DNA from: Dehalococcoidia bacterium
Lineage (GTDB): Bacteria; Chloroflexota; Dehalococcoidia; Lucifugimonadales; JADFKI01
Reading direction: 5' to 3'
Length of the DNA: 64,000 nucleotides
NCBI GenBank assembly: GCA_965214635.1
Contig: OZ243964.1
Location: 2,506,691 to 2,570,690 of the forward strand
Part shown: piece after piece, positions 1 to 9,849 of the stretch
Layout of the letters: each line of letters opens with the position of its first letter
Position numbering within the stretch: position 1 is the stretch's first letter
Translations under genes and position numbers: made by a program
Notes under the pieces: generated by a model
What the model saw: only the letters and a program-made list of their open reading frames with translations
The model's database searches: none
Told to the model about the DNA's origin: nothing

Positions 1-7
1 GGACTGA

Positions 8-1249
8 TTGGCGCTACAACTGACGGCTGCGATGGGTAATGCAGAGGCGTTTAGCGCGCTGCGTCATCGCAACTTCCGTCTGTACTGGTTCGGTGGGATG
101 GGGCAGGCAGCTGCGATAGGGATGCAGTTCCTCATCTTCGGGTGGCTCATCTTGCAGCTCACCAACAATTCGGCGTCCCAACTCGGGCTGCTCATCTTCT
201 TCTATGGGCTGCCCAATCTCGGCATGCTGATATTCGGCGGCATCATCGCAGACAGGATAGATCGCCGCTGGCTGCTGTTCTACAGCCAAGCCATCGTTGC
301 CGTCCTCATATTCGCAGCCGCCACACTGACACTCTATCAGCTCATATCCATATGGCACCTGTACGGTATATCTTTCGTGTTAGGCGTTATACAGGGCATC
401 AATATGCCGGCGCGGATGTCAATCGTGGCGGACTTGGTGGACAAAGAGGCGATACTCAACGCCACATCGCTGAACATGTCGGTGTTCAACACGGGACGCA
501 TCATAGGGCCGTCGCTTGCCGGCTGGATAATCCAGTTTGTAGGGATGGGGCATGCGCTCTACCTCAACGCTGCCTGCTACGCCATCGGCTGCGTGTTCCT
601 GCTGATGATGACCGGCGTGGAGTCGCGCGGCCAGCGTGTCCCCAGCAACATCGTCAACGACTTTTCGGATGGCATGAGATATGCGGTGCGCACGCCCATC
701 GCCTTCACGATGATAGGGTTGAGCTTTGCGTTCGGGTTCTTTGGTGCGGCGTATGTGCAGGTGCTTCCCGCATTCGGGCAAGAGGTGCTGCGCTTGAAAG
801 CGGATGGCGCCGGCGTGCTGCTGTCCGCTACTGGCATCGGTTCGCTCGCAGGCAGCATGTTCATAGCATTGCTCGGCAACACTCGGTACAAGAACCACCT
901 GCTGCTCTGGATGATAACGCTCTTCGGCATTACGCTGTTCGCATTTGCGTGGTCGCCCATATACATAGCATCGCTTGCGCTGCTGTTCATCGTAGGCGTG
1001 GGCTTCACTGGCTTCATCGCGGTGGGAACTTCCATTGTGCAGCTGACCACCCCTGTCGAGTTGCGCGGGCGCATGATGGGGCTGTGGCTCATAGGCGCTG
1101 CGATGCACTACATCGGGGCGCTGCCGCTCGGCGTGGTGGCGGACTATTACGGCTGGCCCATGTCCATCGCGCTCGGCGCTCTTGCGATGATGGCGTTCGT
1201 GCTGTGGCTCGGTGTACTCAGCCCCACGCTCAGGATGCTGCGGGTATGA
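8..1249 (+). CDS. MFS transporter
   Basis: 413-aa ORF, hydrophobic throughout with about 12 TM spans. Has the MFS loop motif 'GGIIADRIDRR' after TM2. Overlapping alternate-frame ORFs are R/H-rich and look spurious. Confidence 0.8.
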   Translation: MALQLTAAMGNAEAFSALRHRNFRLYWFGGMGQAAAIGMQFLIFGWLILQLTNNSASQLGLLIFFYGLPNLGMLIFGGIIADRIDRRWLLFYSQAIVAVLIFAAATLTLYQLISIWHLYGISFVLGVIQGINMPARMSIVADLVDKEAILNATSLNMSVFNTGRIIGPSLAGWIIQFVGMGHALYLNAACYAIGCVFLLMMTGVESRGQRVPSNIVNDFSDGMRYAVRTPIAFTMIGLSFAFGFFGAAYVQVLPAFGQEVLRLKADGAGVLLSATGIGSLAGSMFIALLGNTRYKNHLLLWMITLFGITLFAFAWSPIYIASLALLFIVGVGFTGFIAVGTSIVQLTTPVELRGRMMGLWLIGAAMHYIGALPLGVVADYYGWPMSIALGALAMMAFVLWLGVLSPTLRMLRV

Positions 1250-1355
1250 TGCCGGTCAGCCTGTGAGCCGCGCCACAATGTGCATAAGGGCAACCTCGTG
1301 CGATTAGCGCGCTGCGGGTGTTGCAAGCCGTAGCCGTATTAGGGGGGATGGATGT

Positions 1356-1712
1356 ATGCGCGAGATGTTCGATGTGGTCAGGATAATGCAGTCTTTTGTA
1401 CATTCGTTCAGGGGGCTGCGGGACGCCATCGTAAATGAAGTGCCATTCCAACAAGAGGTGGCGCTCACGGTAGTTTTAGTGCCGGTGGCGCTGTGGCTGG
1501 GGCAAGACGGTGTAGAGCGGGCGCTGCTGGTGGGGGCGTTGTTCGTGGTGTTGGTATCAGAGCTGATGAACTCCGCGATTGAGTCGGCGGTTGACCGCGT
1601 GGGGCTAGAGCGGCACGAACTTTCGCGCAAAGCGAAAGACTTCGGCTCGGCGGCGGTAACGCTGGCGATAGTGATGGCGATAGTCGTATGGGCGCTCGTG
1701 CTGCTTGGCTAG
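1356..1712 (+). CDS. dgkA: diacylglycerol/undecaprenol kinase (DgkA family)
   Basis: 118-aa, 3-TM ORF with 'SFRGLRDA...EVALTVVLV...SELMNSAIESAVDRVG' matching the prokaryotic DgkA family. G-rich RBS-like stretch lies upstream. Confidence 0.8.
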   Translation: MREMFDVVRIMQSFVHSFRGLRDAIVNEVPFQQEVALTVVLVPVALWLGQDGVERALLVGALFVVLVSELMNSAIESAVDRVGLERHELSRKAKDFGSAAVTLAIVMAIVVWALVLLG

Positions 1713-1867
1713 CAGAGGCTGATGGGACGGAGCGTTTTGCTTGCCATGCCTCGCCTATTACAACCAGTTTAGCGACCCCATCCGCCTTGTGGCGTTGAAG
1801 TGAACCGGGTGTATAATCGTTGCATGGAGCGCTCGCGCAAGACACGGGGAGCACAGGGAGTTTGACG

Positions 1868-4723
1868 ATGACCACACAAGGCGCAACACTACTGCCGGAG
1901 CAGAGCGGAAGTTCCCTGCTGATACTCATAGACGGGCATGCGCTGGTGCATCGCGCCTTCCACGCCATACGCGAGCCGATGGTCAGCGCCGCCGGCGAGG
2001 ACACGACCGCCGTGTATGGCTTTGTGCGCGACTTTATGCGCGCCCTGTCCGAGTGGAAGCCGTCTCACTGCATCGTTACCTTCGATGTGTCGGCGCCCAC
2101 ATTTCGCCACAAGGCGTTCGACAAGTACAAGGCGCACCGTCCTGCAACGCCGCCCGAGCTTCGCCCCCAGTTCGAGCGTGTGCGCCAGTTCATGCAGGCA
2201 TTTGGCGTGCCGGTAATGGAACACGCCGGCTTCGAGGCGGATGACCTGCTTGGCACTCTCAGTAGACAGGCGGAGCAGCGGCAGATAGAGACGCTGATAC
2301 TCACCGGGGACAGCGACATCTTGCAGCTCGTATCGCCCACCGTGCGCGTGATGCTTTCGTCCGGCAGAAGCGCCACCGTGTTCAATGTAACGCAGGTCAA
2401 GGAACGCTACGGTGGTCTGGGGCCCGAGTTTGTCGCCGAAATCAAGGCTCTCGAAGGCGACTCGTCCGATAACATTCCCGGCGTGCCGCGCGTGGGCAGG
2501 AAGACGGCTATCAAGCTGCTCAGTGAGTACGGTAGCATCGAGGGCATCTATGAGCATATCGATGTGGTGAAGCCACCTAGTGTTCAGAAGTCACTGCGTG
2601 CAAATAGGGATTTGGCGTTCCAGTGCAAGATGCTGACCACCATACGCCGCGATGTGCCGGTAACGCTCGAGCCGGACGATGTGCGGTTCGGCAGGTATGA
2701 CGGCGACGCCCTGACTGCGCTGATGCGCGAACTGAACTTCAACAGCCTCGTCGACCGCATACGCTATCTGAGCTACGGCGGCGGCGCAGGGCAAGCCATC
2801 GGCGTCGGCGAGGGCGCACAGCTTGGCATGATGGGCACCTCCAACGAAGATGATGACCGCATACCGGTTGATTACAGCGTGGTCGATACCGAAGATGCGC
2901 TGGACGATATGATTCGCACGCTCCTCGCCGCTGATGTGGTCGCATTCGACACCGAAACCACATCGGCATCCGCAATGACCGCCGAACTAGTCGGCTTGTC
3001 GTTCTCCAACGAAGCGGGCAAGGGCTGGTATGTCCCCGTGGGACATCAGGAAGGGACACAGCTGGACAAGGCGTATGTGCTGGACAGGCTGCGCCCCCTG
3101 CTGTCCCACGCCAACGGCGCTGCGGGCAAGGCGGACAAGCGCCCGATTATTGCGGCGCACAATGCCAACTACGACATGACCGTGCTGGAAGGCTGCGGTG
3201 TTAGCGTGGACACACTCGGCTTTGACACGATGCTGGCGGCGCACCTGCTCGGCACGAAGCAGATAGGGTTAAAGGCGCTCGCCCTCTCCGAGCTGAATGA
3301 GAATATGACGCCCATATCCGACCTCATTGGTAGGGGGCGCAAGCAGATCACTATGGACAAGGTGGCAATCGCAGACGCAGCGCCGTACGCCGCCGCTGAC
3401 GCTGATATGACGCGCCGCTTGGTGGATGTGTTCGCTAGTAAACTCCACCGCATCGGCACACGCAGCCTGTTCGACACGGTGGAGATGCCGCTGACGCAAG
3501 TGCTAGTGAGGATGCAGCACAACGGCGTTGCAATCGACACGCCCGCCCTGAACGCTATGTCCGCTGAATTGGGCGAGCGGCTCGCCGGTATAGAGGCGGG
3601 TATGTACGATGTGGTGGGGCATGAGTTCAACATCAACTCGTCGCAGCAGCTAGGCGGTGTGCTGTTCAACGAACTGCGCCTGCCCACAAAGGGCGTCAAG
3701 CGCACGCAGCGCGGCTACAGCACCGACGCCGCCACGCTCGACTCTCTGAAAGAGAAGCTAGATGCAGGCGAATCCGACAACGCTGACCCCAGAGCCTACG
3801 AAGTGCTTGACCGCGTGTTGGATTATCGCCAGCTCGCCAAGATCAAGTCCACCTATGTGGATGCGCTGCCCACGATGGTCAATCCGCATACCGGTCGCAT
3901 CCACACAAGCTACAACCAGACGGGTTCGGCGACTGGGCGCATGTCTAGCAATGACCCGAATGTGCAGAACATCCCTGTGCGCACGGAGTTGGGGCGGCAG
4001 GTTCGCAGGGCGTTCGTGGCATCGCCGGGGTTCTTGCTGCTGTCCGCCGACTATTCGCAGATTGAGCTTCGCATCCTAGCGCACATATCGCAGGATCCCA
4101 GCTTGCTGAACGCCTTTCATAGCGGCGAAGACATCCATGCGGCGACGGGCGCATCTGTGTACGGCGTGCCGATTGACAGCGTAACCGATGAGATGCGCCG
4201 CATCGCAAAGATAATGAACTTCGGCGTCATCTATGGCTTAAGCCCGTTCGGCATACGACAGCAAACGGGGTTCAGTGCTGACGAGGGCAAGCGGTTCATA
4301 GCGACCTACTTCAAGCAGTATCCGGGTATCCGCTCATACATCGACGACACTAAAATTCAGGTGCGTTCACGGGGCTATGTGGAGACGCTGCTGGGCAGGC
4401 GGCGATACATCACCGAGATTCGCTCGCGCAACCACAATGTGCGCGCATCCGGCGAGCGCATGGCAATCAATATGCCCATTCAGGGCACGGCGGCGGACAT
4501 CATCAAGATTGCGATGATTCGCATCCAGCAGCGGATGGACGAGTTGGCGATGCGCTCCAACATGATAATCCAAGTTCACGACGAGCTTATCTTCGAAACG
4601 CACGAAGGTGAGATGGATCAGATGCAGGAGATCGTAACCGAGCTGATGCCCGCATCCATGCAGCTGGATGTCCCCTTGGATGTGGAGATGAAAATCGGCC
4701 CCAACTGGGGCGATTTGGGTTAG
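1868..4723 (+). CDS. polA: DNA polymerase I
   Basis: ORF 1820..4723. 5'-nuclease N-terminus (LLILIDGHALVHRAFHA), exonuclease-like middle (AFDTETT), family-A polymerase motifs (DYSQIELRILAH, QVHDEL). Start placed at ATG 1868 behind GGGAG. Confidence 0.95.
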   Translation: MTTQGATLLPEQSGSSLLILIDGHALVHRAFHAIREPMVSAAGEDTTAVYGFVRDFMRALSEWKPSHCIVTFDVSAPTFRHKAFDKYKAHRPATPPELRPQFERVRQFMQAFGVPVMEHAGFEADDLLGTLSRQAEQRQIETLILTGDSDILQLVSPTVRVMLSSGRSATVFNVTQVKERYGGLGPEFVAEIKALEGDSSDNIPGVPRVGRKTAIKLLSEYGSIEGIYEHIDVVKPPSVQKSLRANRDLAFQCKMLTTIRRDVPVTLEPDDVRFGRYDGDALTALMRELNFNSLVDRIRYLSYGGGAGQAIGVGEGAQLGMMGTSNEDDDRIPVDYSVVDTEDALDDMIRTLLAADVVAFDTETTSASAMTAELVGLSFSNEAGKGWYVPVGHQEGTQLDKAYVLDRLRPLLSHANGAAGKADKRPIIAAHNANYDMTVLEGCGVSVDTLGFDTMLAAHLLGTKQIGLKALALSELNENMTPISDLIGRGRKQITMDKVAIADAAPYAAADADMTRRLVDVFASKLHRIGTRSLFDTVEMPLTQVLVRMQHNGVAIDTPALNAMSAELGERLAGIEAGMYDVVGHEFNINSSQQLGGVLFNELRLPTKGVKRTQRGYSTDAATLDSLKEKLDAGESDNADPRAYEVLDRVLDYRQLAKIKSTYVDALPTMVNPHTGRIHTSYNQTGSATGRMSSNDPNVQNIPVRTELGRQVRRAFVASPGFLLLSADYSQIELRILAHISQDPSLLNAFHSGEDIHAATGASVYGVPIDSVTDEMRRIAKIMNFGVIYGLSPFGIRQQTGFSADEGKRFIATYFKQYPGIRSYIDDTKIQVRSRGYVETLLGRRRYITEIRSRNHNVRASGERMAINMPIQGTAADIIKIAMIRIQQRMDELAMRSNMIIQVHDELIFETHEGEMDQMQEIVTELMPASMQLDVPLDVEMKIGPNWGDLG

Positions 4724-4809
4724 GAACGGCGCAGCGGGGCTGCCCGCCAGCTTGCAGTCGACGAACTTCTAGCGGCTCGCTTACCCAATGCGCTGGCGGC
4801 AATCTTGTG

Positions 4810-6492
4810 TCATTGCGTTTCGTTAGGGCGCACGGTCTCGAAGCGCAGGTCGGACGCCGTGCCGTCGGTGGGGTCCCAGCCGGTCAGGCGCGGGGAGAGC
4901 GCATAGGTGTGATGACGCCACATCACGGGAATCGCCCAGTATTCGTCATATGCCTTGCGGGCAAGGGATTGCAGCAGCGCCGCCCGTGCGCCTGAATCGG
5001 ACGCCGCCGTCAGCGCACTCAGCGCAGCGTCGCCGGCTGCCGGATCGAAGTATGTCAGCATAGCGCCATCCGCTCCGCTCAGGTATCGCCGCACCGAATT
5101 GATGTCCCCGCCGGGTCTCGATGGCGCAGCCCCGTGCAGCGCGGGCGCAGCGCCGTATTCGCCTAGCTGCTGTGGGCGCGCTAGTATGCTCGGCTGCAGC
5201 AGGGGCCATTCGGTCGGCACGACTTGAGCGTTCACGCCGACGGCGTTCCACTGCGCGGCTATCATCTCGTTTATGCGCGGCATCTCGGATATGCCATATG
5301 CCACGAGCGAAAGCAGCGTAACCGTCTCGCCGTCGTAGCCCACATCCGTTATCAGCGCCTGCGCCGCCGCCGTGTCTTGCTGATACGCCGTCAGATTGGC
5401 GTCTATGCCGGGTGATATGGGCGTGAACAATGCGTCTGTTGCCACAGTCGCCGCCTCAGGCGGATACACCTCCGCTATTATCTGCGGCATGTCCACGCTC
5501 AGGGCGAGCGCCTTGCGAAAGCGCAAGTCCGATGTCAAGTACGCCGCATCGTAGCTCTGCAAGAACCTTATGGTGGTAGCCACCACATTCTTCGGGCCGT
5601 CTATGGCAAAGCCCGCCTGCTTCATTATGGCTACGGCGTCTGCGCCGACTGGGGCGATGTCCGCTTCGCCCGTTCGCATCAACGCAACCCGCACATGCTC
5701 ATCCGGCGCCTGTACGATGTGCAGCCTGTCGTAAGCGGGCAGGCGCTCTGCGTCCCAATAGTCCGCATTGGCTTCGTACTCGATGCGCTCTCCTTGTATC
5801 CGCTCGGCGAAACGCCAAGCCCCACTCCCCACAGGGGTGTCCGAAAGCGTTTTGTCCACGCCATTGTTCTCGCTGTTGAGGATGTGCTCGGGGAGCAGCG
5901 GCACATCGCCCTCTATCGGCGCAAGCAGCCCGAGGAACGCCACATCCGGCGCTGCAAGTTCTATCTCGACCGACCGCTCCCCGTTGGTGTTCACCTGCGC
6001 CACCTTGTCCCTCAGGTTGCCGCATACGCCACACACCGCCCCTTCGCGGAAGTAGTGCTTGAAACTTGCGCCCACATCCTGCGCAGAAATCGGCTCACCG
6101 TCGTGCCATCGTGCGCCCTGCCGCAGCTCTAGCGTGTATGTGCGCGCATCGCTCGACACCGCCCACGAATCCACCAGTCCGTAGCCGCTGCTCTCAGCGC
6201 CGTATATCCTGCCGCGCCCGTCGGCGCCAATCAGGTGGTCGTACATATGGGCGTGGTATCGCAACCCATCTTGCGTGTCCAGCGACGGATCCAGCGTCTC
6301 TACCCCAAACGACGACAGCGCCACATGCAGTGGGCCGGCGGGTGGCGCCCAAAAGCGGCTCTGTGGATACGCTTCTACTGCGAACAGCGCGCCTAATGCC
6401 AGTGCCGCGATAAGCGCCAGCGCAACCAAGAATATCGCCACGGGCGAAATCCTGCCCGTTTCTGTCCTAAATAGGCGTTGGAAAAAACTCAT
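4810..6492 (-). CDS. ABC transporter substrate-binding protein, family 5 (peptide/nickel type)
   Basis: ORF 4810..6561. N-terminal TM/signal anchor (ISPVAIFLVALALIAALALG), with size and overall sequence typical of family-5 SBPs. Start placed at internal ATG 6492 (MSFFQRLF). No permease or ATPase genes are adjacent. Confidence 0.75.
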   Translation of the reverse strand: MSFFQRLFRTETGRISPVAIFLVALALIAALALGALFAVEAYPQSRFWAPPAGPLHVALSSFGVETLDPSLDTQDGLRYHAHMYDHLIGADGRGRIYGAESSGYGLVDSWAVSSDARTYTLELRQGARWHDGEPISAQDVGASFKHYFREGAVCGVCGNLRDKVAQVNTNGERSVEIELAAPDVAFLGLLAPIEGDVPLLPEHILNSENNGVDKTLSDTPVGSGAWRFAERIQGERIEYEANADYWDAERLPAYDRLHIVQAPDEHVRVALMRTGEADIAPVGADAVAIMKQAGFAIDGPKNVVATTIRFLQSYDAAYLTSDLRFRKALALSVDMPQIIAEVYPPEAATVATDALFTPISPGIDANLTAYQQDTAAAQALITDVGYDGETVTLLSLVAYGISEMPRINEMIAAQWNAVGVNAQVVPTEWPLLQPSILARPQQLGEYGAAPALHGAAPSRPGGDINSVRRYLSGADGAMLTYFDPAAGDAALSALTAASDSGARAALLQSLARKAYDEYWAIPVMWRHHTYALSPRLTGWDPTDGTASDLRFETVRPNETQ

Positions 6493-6729
6493 CTGACCGC
6501 CGTTTCTCGCCAATTGGGGATTGTTCTGCTGTGTGTATCGTAGTGTATCTAGATTTTGCATTATGCGTGGCTTTTATGCGAACCATATATTCGCATGGTA
6601 TGGGGACGCGCGGATAGACGCCACCGCAAGCATTTTCGAGGAAATCGCAGTCGTCCGCCCAGATCCTAATATGTTCGTTGCGCTAGGCATCGGTGCGGGC
6701 AAGACATTATATAAGAGGCGCACAGTTGC

Positions 6730-7716
6730 CTATTGCAGCGTCAGTTTGGTCAGAGAATCGCCTTGGAAGTTCGCCACCCAGATGGCGTTGTCGGCGGCGA
6801 GCAGCGCATGCGGCCCCCTGCCGACGGCGTGCGTCTCTACGATGCTGCCATCTAGGTCGAGCCTGCTGACCGTGTTGTCCAAGAAGTTCGCCACCCAGAC
6901 ACTGCCAGCAGCGGATATTACCGCTGTGGGCCAATCGCCCACGCCGTACTTCCCCACGACACGCCCGTCTCTGTCCAGTTTGGCGACGCTGTCGGTAGCG
7001 GCGATGGCGACCCATATGTGTTCGCCGTCGAATGTGACGGATGTGCCGCCGCCGCCCCAAGCCCGCGTCAGGTTTGGAATCTCTGTGAACTTGAACGCCC
7101 CCGTCAGCTCGCCATCTTTGTCCAGCCTGTCTAGCATATTGCTGCCCATGCTGGCGACCCACACCTCTTCGCCATCATATGCCAGCGCCCACGGCGAGGG
7201 GTGGTAGCCGGGGATCCGCACCGTCCGCACCACCTCTCCGTCGCTCGCCACCTTGCTCACCGAGTTTCCCCAAGACGCCGCGACCCAAACGCTTTCGCCG
7301 TCGAAGGCAAGCGCAGATGGCGATGTGTCCGGCGTGCCGATGCTGACGGTTTGCAGCGTCTCCCCATCCAAGCTCAGCTTCGTAATAGTGTTGTCGGCGC
7401 TGTTCCCCACCCACATATGCGTCCCGTCGAACGCAAGCGCCCTCGGGAACGGCCCCGCCGTATAGTTGCCCACATTGCGCCCGTCCAAATCGTACTTCGC
7501 CACCACTTCCACGCCGAACAGCGTTGCCCAAATATGCTCGCCGTCGAATGCTAGCGAGCGCGGGCCTTGCTCAGTCTCGAAAGTCTGCGTTTGCGTTACT
7601 CGCAGTGGCTCGCCATTCTCAGCTTGTGGCGACGGGCTGCATCCCCAAACCGCAATCGTCAGCAGCGCAGCCAAGCCGTAGAGCGCAATCATTCTCTGCA
7701 TAAGCAACATGCGCAA
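6730..7716 (-). CDS. lipoprotein, 7-bladed beta-propeller repeat protein
   Basis: Lipobox-type signal (LLTIAVWGCSP). Seven repeats of about 40 aa built on 'ALAFDGEHIWV.N...N.V.KL..DG' (LAFDGEHIWAT, LAFDGTHMWVGN, LAFDGESVWVAA, LAYDGEEVWVAS, VTFDGEHIWVAI, AAGSVWVAN, AADNAIWVAN). Confidence 0.65.
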   Translation of the reverse strand: MRMLLMQRMIALYGLAALLTIAVWGCSPSPQAENGEPLRVTQTQTFETEQGPRSLAFDGEHIWATLFGVEVVAKYDLDGRNVGNYTAGPFPRALAFDGTHMWVGNSADNTITKLSLDGETLQTVSIGTPDTSPSALAFDGESVWVAASWGNSVSKVASDGEVVRTVRIPGYHPSPWALAYDGEEVWVASMGSNMLDRLDKDGELTGAFKFTEIPNLTRAWGGGGTSVTFDGEHIWVAIAATDSVAKLDRDGRVVGKYGVGDWPTAVISAAGSVWVANFLDNTVSRLDLDGSIVETHAVGRGPHALLAADNAIWVANFQGDSLTKLTLQ

Positions 7717-7931
7717 AAGGTATCACGCTCGCTATTACACCGCAATTCTGTGTCCGGTTCATCCCAATCCTGCGATGCTGCCACGCTGCGGGTATAAGGC
7801 TGCGCTTACCCTAGCTTGGCGTATGCGGACATAGGTGTACAAGTGGCATCAAAAAGTATGCGAACACTCATTGGAATGCTGCGTGTTATTATGATTGCAT
7901 TGTTACATCAGAGCAAAACGGGAGAACCCAG

Positions 7932-9806
7932 ATGTATGTCATAGGCACGGCGGGACATGTGGATCATGGCAAATCCACACTAGTGCAGGCGCTGACTGGC
8001 ATAGACCCAGACAGGCTTCGTGAGGAAAAAGAGCGTGGCATGACCATCGACTTGGGCTTTGCGTGGCTGCAGTTGCCCAGCGGCAACGAAGTTAGCATCG
8101 TCGATGTCCCGGGGCATGAGCGCTTCGTCAACAACATGCTCGCGGGTGTCGGTGGCATAGACCTAGCCCTGCTAGTAGTCGCTGCCGACGAGTCGGTGAT
8201 GCCGCAAACCCGCGAGCACCTCGCCATTCTAGACTTGTTGCAGGTTCGCAGGGGGCTTGTCGCCATTACCAAGCGCGACCTCGTGGATGAGGATTGGCTG
8301 GAACTCGTAGTTGCCGATGTAGAGGACACACTCGCAGGCACTGCGCTTGCGGACGCCCGCATCTACCCCGTGTCCGCAATGAGCGGCGAGGGCTTGGCTG
8401 ATCTTATAGCCGCTGTCGACGCTATGCTTGTGGACACGCCGCCCAAGCGCGATGTGGGACGCCCGCGCCTGCCCATAGATCGCGCCTTCACCATATCCGG
8501 CTTCGGCACGGTGGTAACCGGCACGCTGATTGACGGCAAGATGCGCGTTGGACAAGATGCAACGCTTGCGGTGTCCGGCAGGTCGACGCGCATACGCGGC
8601 ATTCAGACGCACAAGAAAGGGCAAGATGAGGCGCAGCCGGGCACGCGCGTTGCAGCGAACCTCATCGGCGTGTCTCAGGATGAAGTACAGCGCGGCGAAG
8701 TGCTAACCACGCTAGGATGGCTGCGCCCCACCGATGCCATAGATGTGCGGCTGCGCGTCATTCCGGACGCTCCGCACCCGCTCCGCCACAATATGCAGAT
8801 TACGCTTCACACCGGGAGCAGTGAGGTCATCGGCACATTGCGCCTCTTGGAAAGCGATGGTGTGGATCCCGGCGAAACCACATGGGCGCAGGTCAAGCTC
8901 GACAGCCATCTCGCCGTGGTCAAGGGCGACTACTATGTCATCCGTTCCAACCGCACCACACTCGGCGGCGGCAACATCGTCGAGACGCACGCCAAGCGCC
9001 ACCGCCGCCGCCACGCCCCTACGCTAGAGCGCCTAGCCGTCATGGAGCTTGGCACGCCGCAAGAGGTGCTGCTCCAGACCATCGCTCAGTCCGAACCCAC
9101 CACGCTGGCAGCTCTCGTCAACCGCGCTAACTTGGACATCGCCGCAGCGCAAGCAGATCTCGATGCGATGGCGGCGGATGGGCTTATCGTTCCACTCGGT
9201 GCGCCGTCCGGAGGCAGCCGCATCACACCCACAGCATACCTGTTCAGCGCCGCCGGATGGAACGCCGTGTGCGAAAAGACGCAGCAGTCTTTGGAGGGCT
9301 TCTACCGACAGTTTCCGCTTCGGCGCGGCGCCCCCAAAGAGGAACTTCGCAGCCGTCTGAACCTATCGCAGCAGGTGTTCGCCCTCGCATTTGCGCGCTT
9401 GGAGCAAGACGGCATCATCGTCGAAGACGGCGCATTCGTCCGCCTGCCTGACTACGAACCCACCCTGAGCGTGGCACAGACAGCGCAGGTGGATGCATAC
9501 CTTGCCCTGCTCGCATCCGACCCGTTCTCACCGCCGACCGACGATCCGCTCGATACCGAAGTGCTGAACCTGCTGGACGAGCAGGGCAGGGTGGTTAAGG
9601 TGAGCGAGACGGTGGTTTTCACCGCAGACGCATACGAGCGAATGGTGGAACTCATCACCGCCCACATCCGCGACAATGGCGAGATCTCCGTCGCCAATGT
9701 TCGGGACATTTTGGGTACGAGCCGCAAGTACGCCCTAGCCCTGATGGACTACCTAGACCAGCAGCGCATTACTCGTCGCGTCGGGGATGCGCGCGTGCTG
9801 CTCTGA
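7932..9806 (+). CDS. selB: selenocysteine-specific translation elongation factor SelB
   Basis: 624 aa. GTPase N-terminus 'IGTAGHVDHGKSTLVQALTGIDPDRLREEKERGMTIDLGF', DVPGHERF, and a long C-terminal extension of the size of SelB winged-helix mRNA-binding domains. Confidence 0.9.
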   Translation: MYVIGTAGHVDHGKSTLVQALTGIDPDRLREEKERGMTIDLGFAWLQLPSGNEVSIVDVPGHERFVNNMLAGVGGIDLALLVVAADESVMPQTREHLAILDLLQVRRGLVAITKRDLVDEDWLELVVADVEDTLAGTALADARIYPVSAMSGEGLADLIAAVDAMLVDTPPKRDVGRPRLPIDRAFTISGFGTVVTGTLIDGKMRVGQDATLAVSGRSTRIRGIQTHKKGQDEAQPGTRVAANLIGVSQDEVQRGEVLTTLGWLRPTDAIDVRLRVIPDAPHPLRHNMQITLHTGSSEVIGTLRLLESDGVDPGETTWAQVKLDSHLAVVKGDYYVIRSNRTTLGGGNIVETHAKRHRRRHAPTLERLAVMELGTPQEVLLQTIAQSEPTTLAALVNRANLDIAAAQADLDAMAADGLIVPLGAPSGGSRITPTAYLFSAAGWNAVCEKTQQSLEGFYRQFPLRRGAPKEELRSRLNLSQQVFALAFARLEQDGIIVEDGAFVRLPDYEPTLSVAQTAQVDAYLALLASDPFSPPTDDPLDTEVLNLLDEQGRVVKVSETVVFTADAYERMVELITAHIRDNGEISVANVRDILGTSRKYALALMDYLDQQRITRRVGDARVLL

Positions 9807-9849
9807 TTCTGTGCCTGCCCCACATTAACCCGTTAGGAGCGCTGTTACG

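Noticed and set aside
142-1266. 374-aa alternate-frame ORF and several minus-strand ORFs overlapping the first MFS gene
   Set aside because: R/H/A-rich translations with no motifs. The frame at 8..1249 gives a coherent 12-TM transporter.
6576-6596. Palindrome ATGCGAA-N7-TTCGCAT upstream of the substrate-binding protein gene
   Set aside because: It is only a 7-bp half-site with no second copy or recognisable regulator nearby, which is too little to call an operator.
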